Assembly: GCA_019828565.1 (NCBI GenBank)
Contig: JAHDYR010000037.1
Location: forward strand, 62,001-126,000
Source: Carpediemonas membranifera BICM
Taxonomy: Eukaryota; Protista; Fornicata
Direction: 5' to 3'
Length of the DNA stretch: 64,000 nucleotides
Under the pieces are notes generated by a model. It ran no database searches. It was not told the DNA's origin and was given only the letters and a program-made list of their open reading frames with translations. A program made the translations under genes and the position numbers. How positions within the stretch are numbered: the first letter of the stretch is position 1; each line of letters opens with the position of its first letter. This document shows positions 48,025 through 59,034 of this stretch, in pieces.

Positions 48025-48786
48025 ATGGCAAGAAGTAAACAAGGCAATATACAGGCCACTGAAGCTCAAAAGGAGAGGAGAATGGCTCTTGGCAAGAAAG
48101 CGCAGCAAAAGAGCCAGAGCAAGTCCAACAAGTCCACGAAAACAGCCCGAAAAGCTCACAAGACGCCCGTCGAGATTGTTCAGACCTTTATCAGCAATTT
48201 CCTCACTAATAATGACGATATTACCCGCGCAAACGGATGGGTTGTCGACTTCAGCCAGAAGTTTGCCGCCGAGGTCCCTAAGATGAAAGTAGCCTCCTTG
48301 AAGAAGGACAAGCTCTACGGCAATCTCCAGTCGGTCGAAGAGATCAGCCGCAAGTGGCAGGGAGGCGGTGATGAGGACAAGCGTCACCGCTTCAAGGCTC
48401 TCCTCAGTCTTGACGCTCAGACAGATGAGCTAGACACGGACGACCCACTCATCGCGACTGTCCGCGAGATGGATGATGCCTTTCACCGCATTCCCATCGC
48501 CTACCGGGCTAAGGTCCATGCCTTCGCTGCTTCATCGTGCGGTGTGACGGTCGATGACGTCAAGCTCGTCCTGAGCAAGCCTTGCCGTGACCGCGACGCG
48601 GATCTCATCTTCGCCAGACCCACCAGAGTTCTGAAGAAGGAGGCTAAGACACTCAGTCAGCTCACTTCTGTCATTGCGAAGCGGAATGCGGAACGTGCTG
48701 AGGCTGAATCGCGTGATGTGCTGCGTCGCAAGGTATACCAAGCCATCATGAATTACTACTTAGAGTGTTCGGCACAGGAGCTATAA
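48025..48786 (+). CDS. Conserved unknown 253-aa protein (B)
   Basis: Homolog of 8660-9346. Confidence 0.85.
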   Translation: MARSKQGNIQATEAQKERRMALGKKAQQKSQSKSNKSTKTARKAHKTPVEIVQTFISNFLTNNDDITRANGWVVDFSQKFAAEVPKMKVASLKKDKLYGNLQSVEEISRKWQGGGDEDKRHRFKALLSLDAQTDELDTDDPLIATVREMDDAFHRIPIAYRAKVHAFAASSCGVTVDDVKLVLSKPCRDRDADLIFARPTRVLKKEAKTLSQLTSVIAKRNAERAEAESRDVLRRKVYQAIMNYYLECSAQEL

Positions 48787-48810
48787 ATTCTTGTTTTATT
48801 TTCATTTCAT

Positions 48811-49736
48811 TTACACTTCTTCGTCATCCTCAACGGAAATATTCCATTCACTGTCCCAGAAGTTGGCTTTCTTCTCCTTACGCATCTCGGTCCTCGTTTC
48901 CTTGATCTCTTTGACCAGCGTGAAAGAACGAAGGTTGTAATGGCGGATAATCATCAACTTCTGCCTGATTCGGGTGACGTTAGGCCGTTTTGCCGCACGT
49001 TCACGGCGCACGGACACACGGGTGCGTTCCACGAACGAGTCAACACTCCTCTTGTCGGAAGCAGGCATCCCATGAGCGTGCTGATCAAGTCTATTACCAT
49101 GGTTGGTCACGCGGATCAACGTAGAGCCTTGCATTATCATCCCACAGCACTCTGTCAGGCTCTTGCCGAGGTTGGTCCACTTGTTGGGACCCATCGTGCC
49201 CTCCATCGTGACAATGGCAAGTGGGTTGCCCCCCGTGTCCACCAGCTGCTCGACCTGCGACGGGTCCGATGACTCCTTGAGGCCAAAGGACGCATACATG
49301 TCCTGGAGTCGCTTGTCGCACTGCAGTCGGACGAGTTCTTCGGCAGATGCTATGCTAAGAAGCACCCTCGCGAACCCAAGACCTCTGCAGGAGACGGCTG
49401 TCCGTAAGCCGATGACAAACCGCTCCTGGTGCAGTTGTCCGCTCAGGGTCTGCCCCTCCCTGTACGACTCGCGGAAGAGAAGGCATGCAGCCTTGATGTT
49501 GTCCATCTCAACCCCACGAATTGCGATGAGACTGTGTTAACAAGAAGTGTAGTGGGTCTGACATACATGACGAATGAGTAGTTCAGACAGTCGAGGTTCG
49601 AAGTCGCCAGATCTCTGTTGAAGAAGGCCCTGACAGACGGCAAGAGCTCAGACTTGTCTGAAAGCTTGACATATTGAATATAGGCCTTGTGTTGCGATAA
49701 ATTCATCGTCAGCCATGTCGGAAGTGACGTTTCCAT
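48811..49736 (-). CDS. GNAT acetyltransferase (B), intron 49532-49566
   Basis: LRTAVSCRGLGFARVLL, MYASFGL. A 35-nt GTATGT..ACAG intron fuses ORFs 49443-49736 and 48811-49506 in frame. Confidence 0.82.
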
Positions 49737-49859
49737 TGTTTTTCACCAAACAAGTGACGTAATGTGAAAATTGTGAAACTACCAATGTTGAAAAAAAAAT
49801 TGGTAGTTGGGGGAAACACACCAAATGGGATGTACTGACCAATAAAACTCCTTTACTCA

Positions 49860-52438
49860 CTACTCAGCGCGTGCATGACCGCAAATGCAGCAAACAAGCT
49901 CCTCACCCATGTCTGCCAACTCGCAAACCATCACCCCAGACTCTTCGTCCCATGCCAAAGCCGAATAATCGTTGACGTACTGCCACATCTCGTCAACGAG
50001 CTCCTGGAAGAGGCGCACCACCGCCGCCGTGGCATGGAATTGGTGCCTTGCCTCCATGTGGCTGCGAATGGCGAACCATGAGCGAGCTTGTCTGCAGCAT
50101 TGGTGGACTCGGACACGACGAAGCCTGTTCAGCGGGGGGACTGAGTAGTCCTGGCGACCGAACGAGCGAATACCCGTTAAGAACGTGCAGATGAGGGTGG
50201 TCTGCTCGGTCAAACACAGCTTCTCGATCATGGCCGACCTGTGCAACTCGGCTCGGACCTCCTGGTTCTTGATGAACTCTCTCTCAAAGAACTCCTCGAG
50301 GAGGTAAAAAAAGAGGAATGCGGAGATGATCGTGAAGAAGAGGCTGGGCAGTGAGCCTGCTGTTGACATAGAGTGTCTGGGCACATGGCTTCTCCGCCTT
50401 GTCTGCTTGCCCAGGAGGGAGCAACGCCAGCTTTGTCTGGTGTGCCTGCAGACTGAGCATGACGTGGAACAGGTGGCACATGGACGCGGCCAAGAAGTGG
50501 AATGCGACTTTGCTGTCGGTGACAGGCTCGGTTGAGTAGTAAAGAGCCTGGAGATAGCCAATGAGTCGCACAATATCTTGGACGGACTCAGGAAGAGCCT
50601 CGTAATCCTCGTTCGTGGTGTTCGCCATGCGAACTCTGGCAGCAGACTGCTCGTTGCACCCGACAGTGCGGTCAATACTGCGGTTGGATGACATGCGCTG
50701 GAGCTTGCGCTTGTCTACGGCAGTTGCGTTCCGATCAGCGGGGAAGCTGGCGCATAGCCGTGCCACTTGCTCGAGCAGGCGGTGCGAGTTGTGCATGATC
50801 GGAGGACAAAAGACAACTCGCTCCGTGTGGATGACTCGGGGCTCTGGCCGGTTCTCGAAGATGGCCCTCTTGTCGGAGAAGTTGCCATACTCCTCTTTCG
50901 GGTCCTGCACACGGTCGGGGTCGGCCTGCACGGCGTGGAACGCTGCCTTCTGCTCGAGCAAATCATGCAAGGTGACCCGAGAGTGCGCCGGAATGGGGTG
51001 CAGCGCCTTGTGGTCTCGACGGATGCTGTTGAAGGGCTGGGGATAGTGCCCTCCATTACCCTCGATGCCGGATGACAGCTTCCTGATGGCCGCGTGATCG
51101 CCCATGACGATGACTTGGTCGAAGGTGGTGACCTGGTCAGTTCCTCTGATCGGTATGAGGGCTTGATAGATCCGCTCGACTTCTTCCTCAACGAGTTGAA
51201 GGTTTCCCTCCTCCGTCAGCTCCTTCTCACCGGCAAGACACTCAACGAGTCGGAAGGGGGGAGTGATGCGGTTAGGGAACGTGAAGCCTGACGGGTCGTA
51301 GATGCGGATCTTGAACGTTGCGGTATGTCCCTTCCATGCGTCGAGCCACAGGAGTAGTTTTAGTGGTTGGAACTCGACATGGCCTGGGTCCTGAAGGGCA
51401 CGAGAGCAACGCTCGAAGTTCGTCTGGTCAGACTCGAGCCACTCCGGGCGAAGCACTGCCTGCTGCAGATAGTACACGCCATCAAACCACACCGTTTCCA
51501 CCTTGTCCCAGGTCGAGCTGTTCAGTCGCTTGCCCAGATGGGCGATACCTACACTGCCTTTGAGGGACTGGTAGTGCTGGACAGCGTCGGATTCGCTGTC
51601 ATAGTGGAGGGTGAGCGTCGGTCGCTCCCAAGTGTGGTCGGCGACGAGGTCGTGGTCGAAAAACGGAGTCGGCTCGGCTCCGTCGGCTACAGTCAAACGG
51701 TTCGTGAGCTCAAGTCGCGACTGCGTGCCGGACATGGTACGCCGCCATGTTGTATTGCCTGAGACCGACCTGCACGGCACGAGATGCTTGACGAAGGCGC
51801 GCTCCTCCTCAGTGAGGGCCTCTGAGACACCAGATATTCTGGTCATGTCAATGCCAAGGTCCTTAATGAGCACCTCCGCGGTCTTGTTCTTCGAGATCGG
51901 CTTTCCAAGCCGGCGGGAGATGTTGTTGATGAGCTTAAAGAGCTCTTGGGTCGAGTTGAAGCCATTGCGGACGTACATCAGGATCGATGTGAGCTCCATG
52001 ATTTCAGAAAAGTTGGCGGAGCGCTCCTCTGAGTCGTTGTAGTCCTGCACAGCACGCTCCTGGATGGCGTGGGTGCGGTAATTGTCCCGTACGAAGACAG
52101 GGGTGAGGAGGGTGTTGATTTCCGTGTGCGGTTGCGGCACGTTGGAAGGGACGGGAGTCTGCTGGAGGGCGGAAGAACCTTGCGTCGTGAATGCGCTGGG
52201 AGATCAGGTCCGCCTCCTCCATCTCGCGGACGAGCTGGCAGAATTGCTCGCGCTGAGGTCTTGTTCTGGCGGAGTTGAGGCCAATTCCGACCATGGCGAA
52301 GTAGGTACAGCCAAGAAGGTAATTCATGCGCTCAACTGAGCGTGGCTGGTCATCATATATTGTACCGATGTGGCTCTCGAACACAATATGAGCAACCATG
52401 ATTTCTGTAGAGTTTAAAAAAACAAGATTTTTGTACAA
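49860..52438 (-). CDS. Transposase (B)
   Basis: LLWLDA, VMGDHAAI, CPPIMHNSH, GCNEQSAAR, FYLLEEFFEREF; three overlapping ORFs. Confidence 0.78.
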
Positions 52439-53589
52439 AAACTAGGCAGGTACATGCGCAACGGTCTGTGAGATAAATCAGACAATTTGGCTGTTGCTAT
52501 AGCTCTATAAGAGCAGCTACAACTGCGCTGCCGGGGTTCCTTCTTCTTCTCTGGCCGTTTCAACACTATTTCACAATTTCACCAGTTTCACACAATTGGT
52601 GAAACAATGTTCAGAACTCCTTCAGTTTATGGACGTTGGCTCCGAAACTAAAGCAGTGTGTGTATGAGAGTGCCTGATTAAGATTCATCTGATTTTCATC
52701 TGCATTACTTGCGAATTTGCTGTTGTGCTCCTTGTGCACAAAAAAAAGCAAATCTGGATTTGATCTCGAATATTGCCATGATGAAGGCGACACAAAATGC
52801 TCATTTGCCAACCAGTGCAGCTAGAAGAAAATGGTAAAAAGTTATGGATACTGCATGGGATGAGGCCCCCGTTGATGTGTTAAACGGCCATGATCGACCG
52901 CTCAACGTCAGCGCCTCTTTGGGCACCTTCTGCGGCGGTGGATCATGCCAATTGCCGATCTCAGCTCTATGGAGCTAAGTGCACTTGAGCTCTGAGCCAA
53001 GTCTTCTGATTCCATCTTATCGCCGATAAAAAAATGCAAATTTTGAGATACAGAAGATTGAATCTGTCCCCAGAAAACCGAACATACTCCGATGATGTAT
53101 ACTGACTATATACCACCGTAGTATGGCCTGCTTTCTGGGGGACAGCTTCATTCTTTTGATTGGTTGATTCAGTCATTAGTTCCCGGCGACTGAGAAGGAG
53201 TTGACGCATAAAAACAACAGAGGATACTCTTTAGAACACACAGACTTTGCTGACAAGGCCACTTGGTCGTACGACCACTTTTGCCTTCGACCTTAAAATG
53301 CGAGAGGCAATTTGCTCGACCACCAATCTCGCACATGTTACATCAAGCATGGATATGTCATTAATGCACTCGCATCTATCATTTCAGCTGCTTCTTAGGA
53401 CTTCGAACGCCCTGAAGCACGAATAAGGAATTTGCGTTTATCCTCCGTATATCCCCGGATTAACTGGCCATTCTAACAGTATGGTGATGCAGGAATGAGA
53501 TCAATGCTGCTGACAGGTCTCGAGATGGCAGAGGTGCTGGAGAAGAGAGAGCAGAAACAGAATCAGAAGTAAATGTCCTAAGGAGATGT

Positions 53590-54007
53590 AACAGAAGTAG
53601 CAAGCAATGTTTAATAACGTATGAACAGTCCTTTTGATGTTGTTTAGTGATTTTGTGCATTAACGACCGAGAAAAGTGGAGTGCAACGCAGATGTTGGTT
53701 ATTGATGGTAGATGGCGCGCTTTTGACGACAGCTGGTTGCTTTTGCAGTATAAAGAACCGCATAGCTGCCACTAGTTCCTTCCAATAATGCTTTCCCGCC
53801 ATTTTGAGGTTGGAATGAAATTCCAAGCACCGTGCACTTTATGTAATTGCCCAATATCAACGCCACCCCCGCCCCCAGCGCCTCCACGCCCCACGCCAAC
53901 GCCACCTCCGCCCCCCTGGCGCTCAGTTCAGGAGATGTCCGGTCGATAAGCCATAAACTGCACGGATCCACAAACGTGGATTGGCCTGAACGACAGCGCT
54001 GAGGCCC
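53590..54007 (-). repeat. Module R copy 3 (1+ tandem unit, shortened)
   Basis: Reverse complement of part of 16681-17225. Confidence 0.93.
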
Positions 54008-54049
54008 AAACAGGTGGTGAGACATTAAAAAGACTCATTTGCAATCCAT

Positions 54050-55218
54050 TTACTCAGTCCTCACCCTCTTACCACTTGTCTCGATCTCTGAATCATCCTC
54101 TATTGTGTTGTCCGCATGCTTCTGCTTTTCGGGCGACTCATGGGTCACCGCCGCGGTTTGTCCGAGACCAAATGCCATTCTTGCAAACGCCATAAGGTCT
54201 GGCGGGAATGTACTGCTTGTCGTCAGAGCATTGTAGATCTCAGGACGGATATCTTTCGCCGTTGAGTAAACCATGCACAGATGACTGTGAACAATGAGGG
54301 TGCTCAAGCCCCTGACTGTATCGTTATCCTTCGGGATCATTCGGTTCTTCAGCAAGGAAGTGAAGTCGGCGAAGTGGATGATGATGACACCAATGATGTT
54401 GTGAAACTTTGACATCATGCTTTCTGTCTCACCCATCAGTTTCAGACGCTCCACAACGTTGTTGTAGAAGGGGGTCTTCGTTATGTTAAGGCGTGTGGAA
54501 AGTGCACCTTGCTTGTTCGCCTGGACAAAGATCCTCTGCTGCTGAAGAGCCACTGAGAGCAGGGCGTCGCTGGGGGCCACGTTTTCGTTATACTTAATCT
54601 TCTGGCTTGACAAACAGTCGTAGAGACAAAGCTGGTAAGCAATCCAGGCCCGAATAACTCGGACGTTGTTCTCCTGGAATGAGTGTTCCAGCTCGTGAAG
54701 GGTCGACTCACTGGCGTTGAAACCATCCATCCCAGAGATATCGATGGTAATGGCAGAGTTTTTCGGCACGCTGCGAATCCACGTTTCAAGGCTTGTCTCT
54801 TCCTGGCGGCTGAGGTTCTTGAGTGGTACGATGACCTGCTGTTGTGTCGGGGCAGGCGTACCAGCGCGTCGCGGCGCCAGCTGTCTCAGCTTCTTTGTCT
54901 GCACCTTCTTCTTCGCAGACTTGGTGGTCTTGGGCTGAAGCTTGGATGCAGGCTTGGCGGTTTCTCCTACCGCGACAGGCACATCTTCAATGGGCTCTTG
55001 GGGAATCTCCGCCAGGAGATCTAGCTCTTCATGATAGACGGGCTGTCGGCGAAGAGATCGCGCAAGAAACGGTCGAATGCTCTGTCAAACTCACCAGAAA
55101 TGACCGCGGCGATCTTTCGGGCCTGTCTGTTGTTTCTTTCTGATGGGACAGGGCCACAAGTAAGCTCAATAGCAGCAATAAGCTGCTGCAAATGCAGTTC
55201 TGACTCCAGAGTGTCCAT
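54050..55218 (-). CDS. Unknown gene X (one frameshift near 55040), basic linker plus helical domain
   Basis: 310-aa ORF plus the upstream MDTLESEL.. ORF; duplicated at 17362-18423, and its 3' end again at ~16552-16639. Confidence 0.65.
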
Positions 55219-55354
55219 TGCTGCATAAGCTGCACATGAATCCAGCCTGGTCGATTCCTTCACGCGGCAGACAAGAAGAGAGACGTGCCAGGCATGGCAC
55301 TCTCTCTGGCAATGGCAAGTCTTCAACGGGAAGCCGCGAACGCCTCGTTGATCT

Positions 55355-55821
55355 GTCTTGGCATTTGTTGAGGACAACACAGCTGTAAACGACAATAAGA
55401 TGAAACAGAAGTAGCAAGCAATGTTTAATAACGTATGAACAGTCCTTTTGATGTTGTTTAGTGATTTTGTGCATTAACGACCGAGAACAGTGGAGTGCAA
55501 CGCAGATGTTGGTTATTGATGGTAGATGGCGCGCTTTTGACGACAGCTGGTTGCTTTTGCAGTATAAAGAACCGCATAGCTGCCACTAGTTCCTTCCAAT
55601 AATGCTTTCCCGCCATTTTTGAGGTTGGAATGAAATTCCAAGCACCGTGCACTTTATGTAATTGCCCAATATCAGCGCCACCCCCGCCCCCAGCGCCTCC
55701 ACGCCCCACGCCAACGCCACCTCCGCCCCCTGGCGCTCAGTTCAGGAGATGTCCGGTCGATAAGCCATAAACTGCACGGATCCACAAACGTGGATTGGCC
55801 TGAACGACAGCGCTGAGGCCC
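55355..55821 (-). repeat. Module R copy 4
   Basis: Reverse complement of R. Confidence 0.93.
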
Positions 55822-55885
55822 AAACAGGTGGTGAGACATTAAAAAGACTCATTTGCAATCCATTTAACCACATCACTCTCTCTGA

Positions 55886-56386
55886 TCATTCATATTTGAA
55901 GGTTAGGGCATTAACAACCATGTGATCCTTCGCGCTGGAGTTAAGACGATAAATGATGTAGTAGGTAAACTCTTCTTCATCGATCTTCTCGTCAACAAGC
56001 GCCTTATACCAAACCATGAACTCATTGGGAACGGTGACCATCACGAAGACAATCTTGCGTTCAATATCAGAGACACGGAAGGGGAAGTGCTGAGTCGCAA
56101 AGTCAGCTAGCGTCCTGCCGCTACAGGAAAGGGCGATCTTGCCCCAATGCAGGAACTCCAAGTGACGCTGCATGACGCTTGATGCTCGCTCAATGCTCGA
56201 TACATGCTCGACACCACGAGAGGAAGATGATATTGTTCTCGTGATGCTGTCCGTACCCGAGCACCGCACAACTCCGTCTCCATAGCTCTCCTGCAGAGCA
56301 GCCGTTTTCTCGTTGTAAATCGTCGCCGCGTTCTCTGTAGTTAGCCAGAACATCACAAATCGTTCCACACAGGAATCCTCGATCAT
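55886..56386 (-). CDS. Hypothetical 166-aa protein
   Basis: ATG-started ORF with globular composition, divergent from the SET gene. Confidence 0.55.
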   Translation of the reverse strand: MIEDSCVERFVMFWLTTENAATIYNEKTAALQESYGDGVVRCSGTDSITRTISSSSRGVEHVSSIERASSVMQRHLEFLHWGKIALSCSGRTLADFATQHFPFRVSDIERKIVFVMVTVPNEFMVWYKALVDEKIDEEEFTYYIIYRLNSSAKDHMVVNALTFKYE

Positions 56387-56576
56387 GTTGATGCATTGAC
56401 TTGCGGTCTCTATCTTACCACGCTTTATAGTGGTGTATAGAGCCGCAAGATGCTCAAATGCGATCCACTGTTGGCTGTCTGTCGTCGTCGTTCAAATCCG
56501 ATGTACAGGTTATGGAACAGAGAGCGAGTTTCGCAATTGTGAGTGACAACAGGAATGCACACTATCATGATCCCGC

Positions 56577-57272
56577 ATGTTGCTACAGATGGATCAGAGG
56601 AAGAGGAGAACATTACAATGTCTTTTAGATGATTACGAGAAATTGATGTCTCTGAAAAAGCTCTCTAAGGAGGATAGAGAGCAGTTCCTCGGTGCAGGTG
56701 GCAAGAAGGCGGACTCTGAGCATGCAGGCGAAGAACTACTTGAGAACGGCATCGCTAAGACCGCAGATGGGATCCTTCTTGAGCCACAGAAGTCCCTCAT
56801 GGGCACCGATGTTGGCCAAGGGGTCATCTCGTCGCACCGAATCGACGTCGGTTCTCTGGTCGGTGTCTATGCTGGTGAGGTCATCCATGAGCGCCAGTCA
56901 AATGGTAACTACGACTACCTCATCGATGGAACCCAGTTTTGCGTCAGCGCCAACCCTGAAACAATCGGTGTCCATCGCATCAACGACAATTTGGTCGTGA
57001 CCAATGTGCAGTGCCACATTGGTCACGTTCTTGTTCGTGTTGCTGCTGATGAGACGAAACTGCTCCCGCTTCTCTTCTTCGTGTGCGTTCGAACAATTCA
57101 CCCCTACGAATATTTATCACTCGAGTACGACCATCACTACTGGGCCCAAGGAGAGTGGGAGCGACTTCCGCTGTTCGTTGTGTCGTTCAAGCGCCTTGCC
57201 CAGAACGCATCCCTCCATGGTATATCTTCTGCCCGAGAGACGGCGCGTCAGTACCTGCGCCTGGCTGAATAG
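56577..57272 (+). CDS. Divergent SET-domain protein of element C
   Basis: GQGVISSHRIDVGSLVGVYAGEVI, HRINDN (NHS altered), IHPYEYLSLEYD. Confidence 0.78.
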   Translation: MLLQMDQRKRRTLQCLLDDYEKLMSLKKLSKEDREQFLGAGGKKADSEHAGEELLENGIAKTADGILLEPQKSLMGTDVGQGVISSHRIDVGSLVGVYAGEVIHERQSNGNYDYLIDGTQFCVSANPETIGVHRINDNLVVTNVQCHIGHVLVRVAADETKLLPLLFFVCVRTIHPYEYLSLEYDHHYWAQGEWERLPLFVVSFKRLAQNASLHGISSARETARQYLRLAE

Positions 57273-57311
57273 GTAAACGGACGTCTATAGTATCTATCTT
57301 TTGTTCCTTTC

Positions 57312-57684
57312 TGATGTTGTTTAGTGATTTTGTGCATTAACGACCGAGAACAGTGGAGTGCAACGCAGATGTTGGTTATTGATGGTAGATGGCGCGCTTT
57401 TGACGACAGCTGGTTGCTTTTGCAGTATAAAGAACCGCATAGCTGCCACTAGTTCCTTCCAATAATGCTTTCCCGCCATTTTTGAGGTTGGAATGAAATT
57501 CCAAGCACCGTGCACTTTATGTAATTGCCCAATATCAACGCCACCCCCGCCCCCAGCGCCTCCACGCCCCACGCCAACGCCACCTCCGCCCCCTGGCGCT
57601 CAGTTCAGGAGATGTCCGGTCGATAAGCCATAAACTGCACGGATCCACAAACGTGGATTGGCCTGAACGACAGCGCTGAGGCCC
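57312..57684 (-). repeat. Module R copy 5 (shortened)
   Basis: Reverse complement of part of R. Confidence 0.93.
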
Positions 57685-57706
57685 AGACATGCACATATAC
57701 ATTCAT

Positions 57707-58720
57707 TTATTCCTGTCTCGCTCTCTTGCCTGTCTGATCGCGACGTTTGACCCACTCAAATGCCTCATCTGTGAGGTAGACAGAGACGTCGCGAGTATTC
57801 CCAGTCCTAACCTTCCGAATCAACGTTCGGCAAGGATCTTTGGGTGTCGTCGTTGAGGTACGACGGCAAGCCCACTCTGAGGTCTCGCATGAGCCCCCGC
57901 ACACGATGCAACGTCCTGACAGGACAAGCGGGGGGTCATGCGTTCTGGCCATAGCTAGCTGGTCCACCTGGCTAGCAGTCAGTGTGCGGGACATGAGCGT
58001 ACCGCGCGTCTTGCCCGTGTCTTCGGGCCTGGGCCTCGGCTCATCCAGGTCTCCGACGTCCGAAGTCGTCATCGTTGCCTGCTCCAAAGTGGTGGGCTCC
58101 GGCTGAGACCTGACACCTGGCAGCCTGAGCATGGTCTTACGGCCGCCGCTACGCAGCCTCTCAATCTCATCCTCAAGAATGCTGACCTTCTTCGTCAGAG
58201 CATGATGTTCACTTGTCGCAACGAGCGACACTGGCGACTTAAGCAGCGCGATGAACGCCCTGACGTTATCGTGCAATGGAACCGAGAAGGCCTGGGCCAA
58301 GCTCTCGACCAGCTCCAGGACCTTGGGCAGGGTGTCGGGCTCAAGCTCATTGTGAGCTGCGCGGTTCCGGTACTCAACGAGATCACGAATGATCTTGGCA
58401 TGGGCTTTGTTGTACGCCGCTCGATTGGACATCTCACGAAGGATTCTTGATGAATCCACGTCCTGTTCGAGCTCTTTGCCGAGGAGGTCCTTCTCGGTGC
58501 TATTGGGCTTGCACCCGGGGTTAAATGCAGGCGAGGCCAAGATCTTCCGCATCCAAGGGACCATCATGGCGAGCAGCTGAAGAACTCGCGCATTATCGCC
58601 AAGGATGCGGAGCTGCTCATCGTTCCATGGTGAAATGAACAGGTGATGATCTTGTCGAGCGGATGATTGCCCTTTGAGAGGTGCTTGGCGATGCTTAGCG
58701 CGATATCGGTCCATCCACAA
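57707..58720 (-). CDS. Swt1-like HEPN protein, second copy
   Basis: Copy of 21939-22952. Confidence 0.7.
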   Translation of the reverse strand: MWMDRYRAKHRQAPLKGQSSARQDHHLFISPWNDEQLRILGDNARVLQLLAMMVPWMRKILASPAFNPGCKPNSTEKDLLGKELEQDVDSSRILREMSNRAAYNKAHAKIIRDLVEYRNRAAHNELEPDTLPKVLELVESLAQAFSVPLHDNVRAFIALLKSPVSLVATSEHHALTKKVSILEDEIERLRSGGRKTMLRLPGVRSQPEPTTLEQATMTTSDVGDLDEPRPRPEDTGKTRGTLMSRTLTASQVDQLAMARTHDPPLVLSGRCIVCGGSCETSEWACRRTSTTTPKDPCRTLIRKVRTGNTRDVSVYLTDEAFEWVKRRDQTGKRARQE

Positions 58721-59034
58721 CTGTGGATGACGAGCAATTTAAGGTAGGTGCCGCATCAGTCAATAACCCCGTGCTATCGTGCAATAGAACACAGTTAACA
58801 CTGCTTTCCATGCGCAGCAACACAGCCTGTGGCGGAGAGACGCCCGGTATGGACGACACCAGGTGATCCACAAACGTGGATTGGCCAATTACGTCGGCCC
58901 CTCCCATCCCGCATCCCTCAGGATACGCAAGCACAAGCTCTCTCCCTGCAGCACCTCTCTGGCGCTCTCTAAAATCGTCGTATAGCGTAAACAGAATGTG
59001 CCGCATCAGTCATTCGTTCATTTTATTCCACTTA

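Larger units (their letters stand above)
30012..53483 (-). mobile_element. DNA transposon B (~12.1 kb without A2), perfect 48-bp TIRs, GT target duplication
   Basis: TIRs at 30012-30059 and 53436-53483 (CATACTGTTAGAATGGCCAGTTAATCCGGGGATATACGGAGGATAAAC); GT at 30010-30011 and 53484-53485; gene order identical to A. Confidence 0.96.
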
